Assembly: GCA_004431415.1 (NCBI GenBank)
Contig: QPMI01000599.1
Location: forward strand, 186,001 to 250,000
Origin: Cyanophora paradoxa CCMP329
Lineage: Eukaryota > Plantae > Glaucophyta
Reading direction: 5' to 3'
DNA length: 64,000 nucleotides
The position numbers and the translations under genes were made by a program. The notes beneath the pieces are model-generated. The model ran no database searches. It saw only the letters and a program-made list of their open reading frames with translations, and was not told the DNA's origin. Below are positions 37,480 to 49,301 of the stretch, in pieces. Position 1 is the stretch's first letter. Every line of letters begins with the position of its first letter.

Positions 37480-40400
37480 CTAGGAGGGGGCGGCGAGCTG
37501 GGCGTGGAGGAGGTTGTAGAGGGCGGCGGTGACGAGCTGGTGGCCCGTCTTCACCGTCAGGCGGAACGCGAGGGCCCCCGCGTTCGTCTCCACCCGCGCC
37601 ATCACCGGGATCTGCACCGGCTGCGATGGGGGGGGAGGGTGAGACGGGAGGAGAGGGCCCCGCGGGCTGCGGAGGCGGAAAGAAGGGGGAGGGGGGGGGG
37701 GGGGGGGGGGGGTGCACCTGCTGCGGGTTCTGCGCGTTGTGCGCGAAGAAGAGGGCCACCCCGTGCAGGGCCGCCGCGCCGGCCTCGACGCCCTTCACCA
37801 CTGCCCCCGCCCCGCCTGTCAGCCGCAGGCAGCGCCGCGGCGGCCGCCGCCCGCGCTCACCGCCGAGCTTGAGGCCGCCGAAGACGCGCTCGATCGCGGC
37901 CATGTCGACGGTCCGCGCCCGCGCCGCCCCGCTGAGAGGGAGGCGCCCCGGTCAGAGGCGGGGGGCGCGGCGAGGGGGCGGGGCGCGGGGCGCGGGCGCC
38001 TGTGCTCGCGGTGCGCCTCGGAGAAGACGGGGGAGGACCACCTGCGCGGGGGTACGCCAGCGCGATCAGAAGGCGCCGGCGAGCGGATGCTGCCGCCTCG
38101 CAGCCGCGACACGCTCCACGGGCTCGAGGGACGCTAGCAGACAGACGGAACCCCGGCAAGGGATGGGCTGGAGGGGGCGCGGGGGTGCGAGCGGGGGGCG
38201 CGGGGGGGGCACCGCTTGAGGAACTCCTCGGGGGGCATGGCGAGGGGCTCGTTGAACTTGGAGAGCACGATCGGCAGCCGCAGCGACACCTGCCCAAGGG
38301 GCCGTACATGAGTTGGACCGGGGGGGAGGAAAGGGGGAGGGGGGGGGACCTGGCGCTGCTGGGCGCCCGTCGGGGCCTCGACCCTGCGGGGGCACGCGGG
38401 GGCTCAGGGGGCGGAGGGGTACGATGGCACGGGGCGCCGCCCTCCTCGCGGCTCGTTCTACGAGAGGCGCGACGGTAAGAGAGCGCACTGGAACATGATG
38501 TCGATCTTGGGGGACTCGGGGAAGGGCTCCAGGCACTGGCACATGATCCCCTGCTGCGCCTGCGGGCGCGAGCGCGGCGGCGAAGCGAGGCGCGCAGGCT
38601 CAGGCCCAGAGGGGAAGGCGGCCGGAAGCGGGGGGGGGGGGGGGGGGGGGGGGGGCAGCGTGCCTGGAAGCGGGGCGCGATGGATGGCGGCGCGGGCCCG
38701 CAGTTGATCTCGACGGCTGCGGCGAGAATCGCATCGATCACGCGGGGAGGGGACGGGGGGCGCGCGGGCGGCGCACTGGCGAAGTGGGGTACTTGGGTGC
38801 GGAAGCTGCTGAGGGGGACGGGGGCCTTGTTGCCGTAGAAGAGCAGGATGCGCCCCTGGTGGCAGTGGAACTCCATCTTGAGCGCGACCTGCGGGGCGGC
38901 CCCGTGAGGATTCGAGGGCGGTGCGGGTCGCGGGGGCGCGGGGGCGCGGGGGCGCGCCTGGAAGACGTCGTCCTCGTAGAGTATGCCGTCGTTGGCGGTG
39001 CAGAGGGCGCGGAAGAGCTCCGGGTGCGCCTCCATGCCCGACGGCGCTGCCGCCGCGGCGGGCTGGGCCGGCTGGGCGGGCTGGGCGGGGCGGCGGGGCG
39101 GCGGGGCTGGGGCGGGGGCGGGAGGGCCGAGGAGGTCGACGAGGGCGGACTGGGGCTGGGCGGGGCGGGGCGGGGCGGGGGCGGGGGCGGAATGGGCGGA
39201 GGGGGCGGGGGCCATCGGGTGCATCGACTGCATGGCCGGCTGCATGGGGTGCATCATGGAAGGCGGCGCCTGCTGCTGCTGCTGCTGCATCGCCATCGGC
39301 TGCATGCCCTGCATGCTATGCATCATCGAGGGCGGCACCTGCTGCTGCTGCTGCATCGGCTGGATCGGCTGCATGCTCTGCATCGCGGAGGGCGGCTGCT
39401 GCTGCGGGGCCTGCTGCTGCGCCGGCGTGCGCAGGGCGTCGGCGAGGGACATCGACTGGGCCTGCTGCACGGGCTGGCCCATGCCGAGGCCCATGGGCGG
39501 CGGCGGCGCCGGCGGCTGCGCCGGGGCCTGCGAGGGCGACGCGAACGGGTTGTCTTCCTCGGGGGGTGCCAGCGCGGGGGGCGGCCCGACCGGGCCGCCC
39601 ATCAGCAGGTCCAGGGCCCCTGTACCGGAGGCCCTCGTGAGGGCCGAGAAGAGGGGCGGTGAGGAGGAGGGAGGGGGACCTTGCTGGGAGGGGGCGGCGG
39701 CAGCGGCGGCGGCACCGGTCGGCGTGGCCGGCGCCGGGCGGGCGCGCGTGCGGACGGAGGGGGCCTGCGGGGGGCGGTGAGCGGGGCGGGAGCGGGCGCC
39801 TCGCAGGCGTCCACCTGGGAGAGCTCGGGGGCGCCGGCGGGGGCGGGCGGGGGCGTCGGGTCGGCGAAGGGGTTGTCGGGCTCCACGGCGGCCGGGCCCG
39901 ACACGTCCAGCAGGTTGGCCTCCCTGCCGGCACCTCGGCGCGACGCCTCGGAGCGCCTGAGGGGGCGGGGCCGCACGCGGGGGGCGCCTTGGGGGTCTCC
40001 GGGGCCTTGGGGGCCTCGCCCTGCGGCGCGCGAGGAGCGTCAACAGCGCGCTGCGCCCGCTCTCGGCTCCCAGCTCTCAGCCATCGGCATCGGGGGGCGC
40101 CCGGGGCTGGCCGGCCGGCCGAGTCGCCGGGGGCAGGCAGGCGGGCACCTTCTTCTTCTGCTCGTCCTCGAAGGAGGCGGTCCACGTCTGCGCCCCCGCG
40201 TGCTTCTCCGCCAGGCGCTGCCCCCGGCGGCCCCGCCCGCTCAGCGCCGCTGCTCCGGGGGAGGCCTGGGCGCGGGGCGGGGGCACCTTGAGGAGGGCGG
40301 ACTCGCGGTCCGGGAAGGCCGGCATCATCTCCCACACCGTGTGCTGGCCCCCGCCACGCGGTGAGCCGTGCGGGCGCAAGGCCGCACGGGCCGGCGCGGA

Positions 40401-43400
40401 GGGCGCCGCGGGACGAATGGGACGGCCGCTGGGCTCTAGCAGGGTGCCCCGTACACGGGGGGCGGCGGGGCGGGCGCACGACGACGTTGTCGGAGACGGC
40501 GCGGCCGAAGGCGGCGTACTCGCACGCCCGCTGCTGGATCTCCACGTCGAAGAACGCCTTGTGCGACTCGAACACTGCGGGAGCGGCGAGGAGGAGGAGG
40601 GCCGGCGGTGAGTGGGCGGTCGGCCGGGCGGTCGGCCGGGCGGCGGGGCGGCGCACCGGGCAGGATGGTCTCCTTCAGCTCGGGGTACACGTTCATGAAC
40701 TGCGAGGGGAAGAGTGGGCGGGGACGAGGAGGCGGGCGGGGCGGGGGCGGGGCCCGGGGGCCACCTTGACGTAGGTGGAGAGGAGCATGGCGCGCGTCTG
40801 GCCCGTGCACGAGGGGAAGCGCCGGTGCAGCAGCCCGAACTGGTTCGCCGGCCTGCCGTCCCCCCGCCCGCCGTCAGCGGAGGCGGCTCGGAGGGGCCCG
40901 GGGTGGGGCTGGCCCCTCCCCCTCCCGGGGACGGCTGGAGGGGGCTCTGGAGGGGCCCGCGGGGCGCACGAGCACTGGGGCTGGTCCGAGATGAGGTGCC
41001 CGAACTCGCCGAGGAGGTACGAGCCGACCGTCAGCATCTTCTCGTGCACGTTCTCCGCCTCCAGGTTCTGCCCCCGCCGTCAGCGGCGCCCCGGCCCGCG
41101 GCGGCTGCGAGGGGCCTAGGGCGGGCGCAGCGGGGCGGCGGCCCGCGAGGCGCTTCCACGTCTGGGAGAGACCGGAAGCGGCCTGGCAGGCCTCTCCTCC
41201 AGGCTCTCGGTAGGCCTCGGGGCGGGGCGGGGCGGGGCGGGGCGGGGCGGGGCGGGGCGGGCCTTGAAGACGGTGGCGGCGGCGTACTGCTGGAGGGCCT
41301 CGTTGTTCGTGACGATCCTGCGCGGGCACGCGCGGCGAGGCGGCCCGCTCACCGAGGCCACGCCGGCGGGCGGGAGCGCCGCGCGGGGCGCGGGCGCACA
41401 TGACGACGCGGTGCCACACGACGTCGGACACGAAGTCCCTGCGCGCCAGTCAGGGCCGGCAGGTCCCGGGGCGGGCCGGCGGGGGGGCGGGGGGGCGGAC
41501 CCGGCGAGGCTGATGAGCTGGAGGATGACATCGACGTACCTGCGCGCGCGCCCCGCCGTCGCCTCCCGCGCTCACCCGAAGCCCGGGGCGGCGCAGGACG
41601 GGCCCCTAGCGGCGCGCACCAGGCGAGGCGCGGTGCGAACTTCTCGGCGAGGATGGCGATCTTGAGGACCTGCGGGGCGGGCTGGGCCCTCGGGGCGGGG
41701 CGGCGGGGCGGCGGGGCGCACGAGCTCCTCGCGGATGGCGAAGTCGGCGGTGACGAGGAAGTCGAGCAGCTCGCCCACGATCTCCTGCGCCGCCCCGCGC
41801 GTCAGCGAGGGGCGGGGCGAGCGGGAGGCAGCGCTGCGGGGCGGGGCGGGGCGGGGCGGGGCGGGCCTGGCCGTTGCTCGCGTCGCAGATGGCGTAGAGG
41901 AGGTCGAGGGCGCGGCGGCGGATGGAGATGTCCGCGTCCCTAAGCGACTCCACGATCCGCTGCTGGTGCTTCCGCACCTGCCGCGGGACCCGCGTCAGGG
42001 GGGCCAGGGGGGAGGGGGAAAAGGCGGGGCGCGCGTGGTCGGCGGCGTCGGGGATGACGGCGACGCGGCCCATCGTCTCCAGCCCCAGGTACTTGATGTT
42101 CGGCTCCCGCACCTGCCCGGGCCCCCCGCCGACGCCCCGCCCCGTGAGGCCCCGCCGGGCGCGGCGAGGGCGCTACGCCGAGCGCGGCTGCCGGGCTGCG
42201 GGGCCGGGGGAGGGGTACGGGCGCACGGCGATGAAGCGGCCCAGGAGGTTGATGCCCTGCGAGACCAGGTCCCCCTCCTTCCTGCCGGCGACGAACGGTG
42301 AGGGGGGTACGGGTTCAGGGCCACCGGGGGGGGGGAGGGGGGGAGGGGAAGGAAGGGTACGAGTCCATCTGAACGACGAGGTTGATCGCCTCGAAGAGAA
42401 CGGCGTGGCTCGCGTTGTTCTTGTTCACATTCTGCACCCGGGCGGGGGAGAGCGGGGCGGGGTGAGCGTGCGGGGTACCCGATCCGGGACGAGGGGTACG
42501 CCGCGCACCTTAGTGACGTCCGTCGTGGCGATGATCTGCTTCAGGACCTGCGCGGCGCTTCAGCGCTGATCGCGGGGGTACGGCGATGGCGGCGCGAAAG
42601 GGGAGGGCACCTCGATGAGGTTGCGCTTGAAGCTGCCGCGCTCGCGCTCCGAGCGGCGCTTCTCCTTGTCCCGCTCCTTTTCGCGCTCCTTCTCGTCCTC
42701 CGGCCGGCTCGTCGGGGGGTAGTACTGCAGGAGCCGCAGCGCCTTCACCTGCCCGGTACCCCCGCTCGCTGCGGGTCCGGGGTGCGCGGGTGCGAGGGCG
42801 CGGCGCGCCTGGATCCACGGGGAGGGTATGCCATAGTACGTGTAGTCGGGGCCGTACTCGCGGTCGACGAGCAGCTGAGGGGGTACGCGATTGGGGGCGC
42901 CGGCACGAGGAGCGCGGGGGCTGCGCGCGCACGCGGGAGAGGATCTTGCAGGCGGCGGGGGCGAGCGCGTCCCAGCCGCGCGGGTTGATGGACACGATCC
43001 CGTTGGCCATGGAGAGAGCGGACGTGACGACACCGAGGTCCCGGTCGCCCATCAGCTCGATGAGCCGCTCGGTCCACGTCTCGGGCGAGAGCACCTGCGG
43101 GACGCAGCGCGGCGCCACGCTCAGCTTTGCGCACCGGCGCTCACTCGCGTGCGAAGCGCACCTCCGGCTGCTTCCTGTAGAGGCGGAGCATGCAGAGGAT
43201 CGCCTTCTTCCGGATGGAGGGGCGGTAGGTGCTGCGGGGCGCGGGGGCTCGGGGAGGGCGGGGCGGCCGGCACGAGCGGGCGCCGGCGGTCGCACTTGTT
43301 CATCACGATCTTCTCGACCTCGGGGGCGAGGGCCTCTGCGAAGTCGCGGCCGCCCATGTTTGCGACGGACGTCAGCGCGAGGGCCATGAAGTTCTCGTTC

Positions 43401-43888
43401 TTCGACACGATGTCGTTCCGGATTGCGTTGATAATGAGCCGCAGCAGCTCGCTCTCCTCGTTCAGCAGCAGCGACGTCGCCAGGTAGCCCTGCAGCGCCG
43501 CCTCGGGCGGCGAAGCGGGGCGCGGGCGGCGGGCGCGAGGCGCACGACTTGCTTCTCTGAGTACTTGCTGGACCCGATGAGGTTGATCGCTTCCATATGG
43601 CCAAAGTCGACCTCGTAGCCCAGCATGTAGATGTAGAGCAGCTTCCATGTGTACTTCTTCTTATCGTACGAGCTGAGCGCCGTGTCCGACTTGAACTTCT
43701 TCCGAATGTGCGCCATCTCTTTGTCCACGCGCTTCTTCTCCGCCTCCTTGCTCTGGCCTGCGGCGAGCCTCGGGGGGTCACAGAGGGAAGCATTTCGCGC
43801 CCAGGCGTGCGCGGAGGCGCTCACAGTTGCGAATGTCCGATATGAACACCGTCAGCCCGCGCATGTTGGACTGCGCGCCGAGGGTCAT
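37480..43888 (-). CDS. AP2A1: AP-2 complex subunit alpha (alpha-adaptin), many introns
   Basis: [140 protein letters not shown]; appendage [11 protein letters not shown]|[17 protein letters not shown]; stop 37480-37482. Confidence 0.96.
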
Positions 43889-44328
43889 TCGAAAACCAGG
43901 TGCCCGGCCGGCGGGCGGGCTCGGCCCGCCCGCGCCTCTCTGGCGCTGCGTACGGGCCACGCGGCTGCGAACCTGCGCCATACTGAGCCGCGCCCGGTTG
44001 GCTTGGCGTTTTTGGTGTACCCGGTTGACCGGCCAAATTGCAACGTTCCTTGACACTCCTCTACCCTGGCGCGAATTGCCCCCTGAGCCTCGGAGGCGGC
44101 CCCGTGAGATCTTCGTCTATCGCTTATTCACCTGTACATGTGTGTTACAGTCACTGTGTACTAGTGTGTAGGCCTAGGCCTAGGGGCGGGGCGAGCCCCG
44201 GGCGACGCGACGGACGCGTACGTAACGGCGGTGACGCGTGCGCTCCCTTCGAGCAGGCCGTCGAGATCGCCCCCTGCCGGCGCCCTGCTGACCGCCCCGA
44301 GGTTCTCGACCGGAGGGCCGCGGTGGCC

Positions 44329-46478
44329 ATGGCGATGGACTTCGTCAGGAGGCACTTCCCCCGCCTCGTGCCGATCTCGTCGACGTCTTCCCAGCAGCTG
44401 CCGGCGGCCTCCGCCAGCGCGGGAGCGCCCCCGGCCCCACCCCGCCCCGCGAACGTGGCCATGGCGATCGGGGCGGCCGCCTCCGGGTCCGGCTCCGGGT
44501 CCTCGGCTCGCGATCGCGATCTGGGGCACGGGCAGTGCCGGCTCGCGCACCGGAGAGGATCCGGCCCGCTCCCGGCTGCGGCCCAGGCGCGCGTGCCCGT
44601 GCACGTCGTCGGGCGCGCCGGGCCGGCGCTGCCCTCCGTAGAGGGGCAAATTGCAAGCCGCGCGAGCCGCGGCCGCCCGCTCATGATCAGGCGGGCCTCG
44701 CAGTCGGCGTCGGCGTCGCCCCCGCCGACGTCGCCGACGGTCTCCGACGACGACGGCGAGGATCTCGAGGAGGGCGGGGGCGAGCTCGAGCCGCCACCGC
44801 TCCTCCCCGACTCCTCGCCCTCCTCGAGTTCCCTCTCGCCGGCCGCCTCCTCGTGCCCCTCCTTGGGTGGATCCCCGCGCAACTCCCGCCCCCCCTCCAT
44901 CCTCGACCTCTCCGCCCCGGGCCCGGGCCTCTCCGCCCCGGCGCCGGCCCCGCGGGCCCCGGAGCCCCCCACCCGCGCGCGGCTCATCAAACTGGTGCGG
45001 CCCCGGTCCCCGATCATGAACCGCGCCCGAGTCGACGTCGCTGACGCCCCGGGCCAGATGTGGCTCGCGTCCATCTCGAGGGGCCAGCACCCCTCCGGAT
45101 CCGACCGCAGCCTCGCCGGCCCCCGCCCCCTCGGCCTCCCACTGCGCATCGATTTCTCCCAATACGAGGTCCCTGTTCCCCCCCGCCCGCGGCCTTGGAG
45201 ATCGGCCGCCCTCGCCCCCGCCCCCGCCCTGACGCCCCTGGCCGCGCCCCGTGGAGCAGGCGTTCCACCACGCGCTGAGCCGGGCCACGTGGTCCTCGGG
45301 CGAGTGGACCCTCGACGCCGCCGCCGCCCTCTGCCGCGTGCGCCCCCGCGGCCGCAGGCAGCCACGCGCACCCCCGCCATCGAGCGCGAACGCTGATGCG
45401 ACTCGGCGGTGCGGCGTGGCGCGCTCGCTCGCAGGGGAACTGGAGGGTGGACTCGCGCGGCTTCGCCACGATGAGCCGCGAGGCCTTCGAGGCCGCTCTC
45501 GAGCTCCTCTCCCTCAACGTGCGCCCCCAATTGCAAAGCCTACGCTTCTGCGCGGCTCTAATTATAAATGCCTAAATGGCTCTGAAAGAGAAGAACGTAT
45601 AAGCCCTAGGCCTGGACATGGGCCTAGGACTATGGTCATGATCATGAGCCTAGGACTAACCTCTGCCGAATATTTTCACAAGCTTTTTAAGCCCCTCGTT
45701 TCGTCCACGTCATTAATATTCAAGATTCTTTTAGTGCACTTATACATTCTTCTTATGTTGCTCCCGATTTTTCGTGCAATCTTCGTATGTTGCCCTCAAT
45801 TAACGGGGTGCGTTCGGGGGCGCCGCGCCGCAGTACGCGCAGCACATCGCGGGGTGCGAGGCCGGGGTGGCGCTCCGCCTGCTCGCCCTCGACGCCGGCC
45901 TCGGCGACGACGTACCCCTCGCCTTCCTCATGTGCCTCGCCGAGGCCATCGTCCGGGGGGGCGCCCCCTGGCCCTCCGCGTCCGCCACCCCCGCCCCCGC
46001 GTCCGCATCCGCCTCGTCGCAATCGGGACCCCCGCGCCTGCTGGCCTTGAAGCCCTGGGAAGGTCCGCCCGCCCTTTAATTTCTTTCAAGCGGCGCCGCG
46101 CTGCAGCGGGCTGAGGGGGCCGGCGGGGCAGAGGTGCCGCTGGGCAGCGCGACGCCGCAGGCGCTCCTGAGGCTGCTGGCCGCGCACCAGCTGCCGCGGC
46201 CCCCCAGGCGCGCCCCGGGCTCGAGCTCCTCCGAGAACCCGGGCCAGCCCCGGGCCCGGGGGCAGCCGCGGGCGGGGCGGGGCGGGGCACCGCAGCCGGC
46301 GCTCCGGCTGCGGCCGCGGGCGCCGCGCCGGGGACGAGGGCGGGGGCGGGGGCGGTGGAGGAGGTGGAGACGGCGTGCGGGGCGGGCGGGGGCGCCGGGG
46401 CGCCGGGGACGGCGGTGGGCCTGCGGCGGGCAGCCCTCCAGCAGCGCCTTCACCGCCTCCTCGCCCAGAGGCTCTTAG
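44329..46478 (+). CDS. Uncharacterised protein, paralogue 2 of the gene at 15465-17449
   Basis: Starts MAMDFVRRHF; RIDFSQYE / AFHHALSRATWSSGEWTLDAAAALCR / GNWRVDSRGFATMSREAFEAALELLSLN / YAQHIAGCEAGVALRLLALDAGLGDDVPLAFLMCL / AEVPLGSATPQALLRLLAAHQLPR. Intron positions in the core match paralogue 1. Confidence 0.78.
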
Positions 46479-47093
46479 CCCCCGGGCCCTGAATCCCCGC
46501 CCGCCCGCCCCCGGCCCGCTCCAGCCCGGTACCCACGGATCCGGAGTCCACCCGCGGGGCCGCATCCAGCGCACCCTCGGGCTCTAGACCTGGCGGAGGC
46601 CGTACGCGTGCCACGGTGCGTACACGTACGGGACAGCTCTGCAGCTGGAGCAGCTGCAGACTGATTCGAGCGGCCCGGCTATCAATACTATATTAATATC
46701 AATCTATAATATCTGTATAAAGCTCGAGAAACGTACACTTCCTTCCACAAGCCTTGAAGAGTATTTTATATCGATGTCGCGCGCGTAGTATTTGTATTTT
46801 CTGTGGTTATTGTTTTTGAATTTGTACTTGTATGTATTATAATTATAGGTCTATAGTTATATAGCTAAGCTAGCTAGTACACGTAGATCATGTAGTATTT
46901 AGTCTAGTCGTAGTATTTTCGCAGATCTAGAGCTTCGGGCTCGAGGGTGTGGGGGATCTTTTTGCATGCGCAGATTTTGCAGTATTTTAATTTTTTGTAC
47001 GTTTACATGTACATGTGGGTATATAGGCTGAAATTAAGGGTACTACGGTACCGGTCATTTCACGTACGTTCTTTCTGCTCGCTTTAAGGGCTA

Positions 47094-49301
47094 CCGTGTA
47101 ACACTTAAGTAATGCGCGCACTTAAGTAATGCGGTACCAAATTAATGCGTTTTTCGCTGGCAAAACGCATTAATTTGGGACCGCATTAATATCGAAACGC
47201 TAAGAAACTGCTGTACATGTATGTCCCCCCCTACTGCAGCCAAAAAGCTTCAAAACGCATTAATTCGGTGCCGCATTATTATCAACAAGATCCGTGCTCC
47301 TGCGGAGCACTAAGTACGGCGAAGCCTCGCGGACGCCCTCGCCGCTGTTACAGTAGGCCTATATATATAGGGCACTCAGCGACTGGCCAGCGGCCTGGCC
47401 GATCGCGAACAGCTTTCTGCAGCTGGCTGGAAGCTGGCTGGCTGACGGCCAGTCCAGCTAGCGCTGGCCGGCTAGAGGAATATTAATTTACTGAGGAACT
47501 AAAGGGTGGAGCAGATTGAGAAGAGATTAATTATAATATTGTTGGGAAGGAGGCCCGGGAGGGGCGAGGTTCTCGCGGCCAGGCGCATGCACAGAGCTTG
47601 CGAATCGCTTAAACAGAATCTCGCGATCGAATGTATATAGCATCGATGTGCGGGGCTGCGGAGGCGAGGGCGCGCGGAAAGACGTGCAGGTCCATGCAGG
47701 ATCGAATTTTCGGGGTCGGCTGGATTCTCGCGCCCTGTCGCGTCCTCGGAGCTCGCGAAAAGCTTAACAAAGATCTCAAATTACTATTGTAGCGATGCGC
47801 ACGCGCGAGGATGCGAGGGCGCGCGGAAAGCTGTGCAGGTCCGTATACGTACAGGATCGAATTTTCGGGGTCGGCTGGGTCCTCGCGGCCCGGCGCATAC
47901 GCAAAGCGTGCGGAAGTCTTTGCCTACATCTCAAATGCTTATGCTATTGTTCCGCGCATGCGCCGCGGCGTGGGCGCGCGGAAAGATGTCCGGGTCCGTG
48001 CAGGATCGAATTTTTGCCGTCGGCTGGGTTCTCGTGCTCTTTCGCGTCTTCGAAGCTTGTGGAAGGCTTTGATAAAATCTCAAATGAATATTGTAGCGAT
48101 GCGCATGCGCGAGAATGCGAGGGCGTGCGGAAAGATGTTCAGGTCCGTACAGGATCGAATTTTCGGGTCGGCTGGGTCCTCGCGGCCTGGTGCATTTAGA
48201 GACCGTGCGGAAGTCTTCTTCTACATCTAAAATGCATATGCTATCGTTCCGCGCATGCGCCGCGGCGTGGGCGCGCGGAAAGATCTCCGGGCCTGTCTAG
48301 GATCGAATTCTTGCCGTCGGGTATGTCCAGGATCGAATTTTTGCGTCGGCTGGGTTCTCGTGCCCTGTCGCGCCTGCAGAGCTTGCGAAAAGCTTTAAAA
48401 AGGAGTCAACTGAAAATTGTAGCGATGCGCTCGCGTGAGGATGCGAGGGCGCGCGGAAAGTTGTGCAGGTCCGTCCAGGATCGAATTTCCGGGGTCGGCT
48501 GGGTCCTCGCGGCCCGGCGCATTTAGAGACCGTGCGGAAGGCTTCTTCTACATCTCAAATGCTTATGCTATCGTTCCGCGCATGCGCCGCGGCGCGGGCG
48601 CGCGGAAAGATCTCCGGGCCTGTCTAGGATCGAATTTTTGCCGTCGGGTACCTTCCTGCGCTCTTCCGGCTCCGAAAAGCGGATTTCGGGGTGCGGAGGC
48701 GCTGCTATGTCTATGCGCGCCCGTACGCATCGATTGCGCGCGTCGCGGGACCGGCCGGAACCGGCCGGATCAAATTTTCGGCCGACTCTTCGCACTGGAG
48801 CGTCGACGGCGCGCGAAATCGGGTTTGCGGCGATGCGCTCGCCCTCGCGCGTCATTCTGTATCGTTCTGGGGCGTTCCTGGCGCGATTTTGTCGCGGGAC
48901 CGGGCGGACCGGGTCCCACCTTCTGACTCGGACTGGATTTGTCGGAGGTTAAGAACCGGAATTGATCCAGAGGAATATTCGATATTCGCGCGACGCCCAC
49001 GGGAGAGCGGTCGTCTTAGGGGAGCCAGGACGCTAAAATTGGCTCTAGAGAGGTCTGTGGGGGTTCGGGTGGCTGTGTGACTAGCAGCAATCGCGTCTGT
49101 GTCGAGGCAAAATTAATAATTCTGCCTCGAGGGAGTGCGACACGGAAATTATTTAGCAGGGGGGATCTCGAGTGGAAAAAAAGGTTAAAAAAGGAATTTA
49201 GATCGTCGGTTTTTGGGTTTGAGAAAGAGGCTTCGCCTGATACTAGGGGTCCGGGTCCAAAAACGCATTAATTTCTGGCGCATTAATTAAGTGTTACACG
49301 G
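47094..49301. mobile_element. Non-autonomous Tc1/mariner (pogo/Tc2-like) TIR element, 2208 bp, TA target-site duplication
   Basis: Left TA|CCGTGTAACACTTAAGTAATGCGC (47094-47117); right GCGCATTAATTAAGTGTTACACGG|TA (49278-49301), i.e. a 24-bp TIR with 1 mismatch. The empty-site paralogue at ~60408 reads AAGGGCTA-CATC..GCGATCGGT. No transposase ORF seen. Confidence 0.88.
47570..48700 (+). repeat. Tandem satellite, ~149-bp monomers alternating A/B (~298-bp dimer), inside the TIR element
   Basis: Anchor AGGATCGAAT at 47698, 47853, 48002, 48151, 48299, 48329, 48477, 48626 (spacings 155, 149, 149, 148, 30, 148, 149). Confidence 0.9.

Noticed and set aside
38983-39780. Plus-strand Cys-rich ORF (CCCCC, metallothionein-like appearance)
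   Set aside because: It is the antisense shadow of the CAG/ATG-rich Gln/Met hinge of alpha-adaptin.
47570-48700. Regularly spaced repeats resembling a CRISPR array
   Set aside because: The inter-anchor sequences are themselves homologous (A/B monomers), not unique spacers; the context is eukaryotic and no cas genes are present.
47795-48926. ORFs inside the TIR element as a possible transposase or Fanzor/TnpB
   Set aside because: They are translations of the satellite monomers; no DDE/DDxD, HTH or RuvC motifs are visible.
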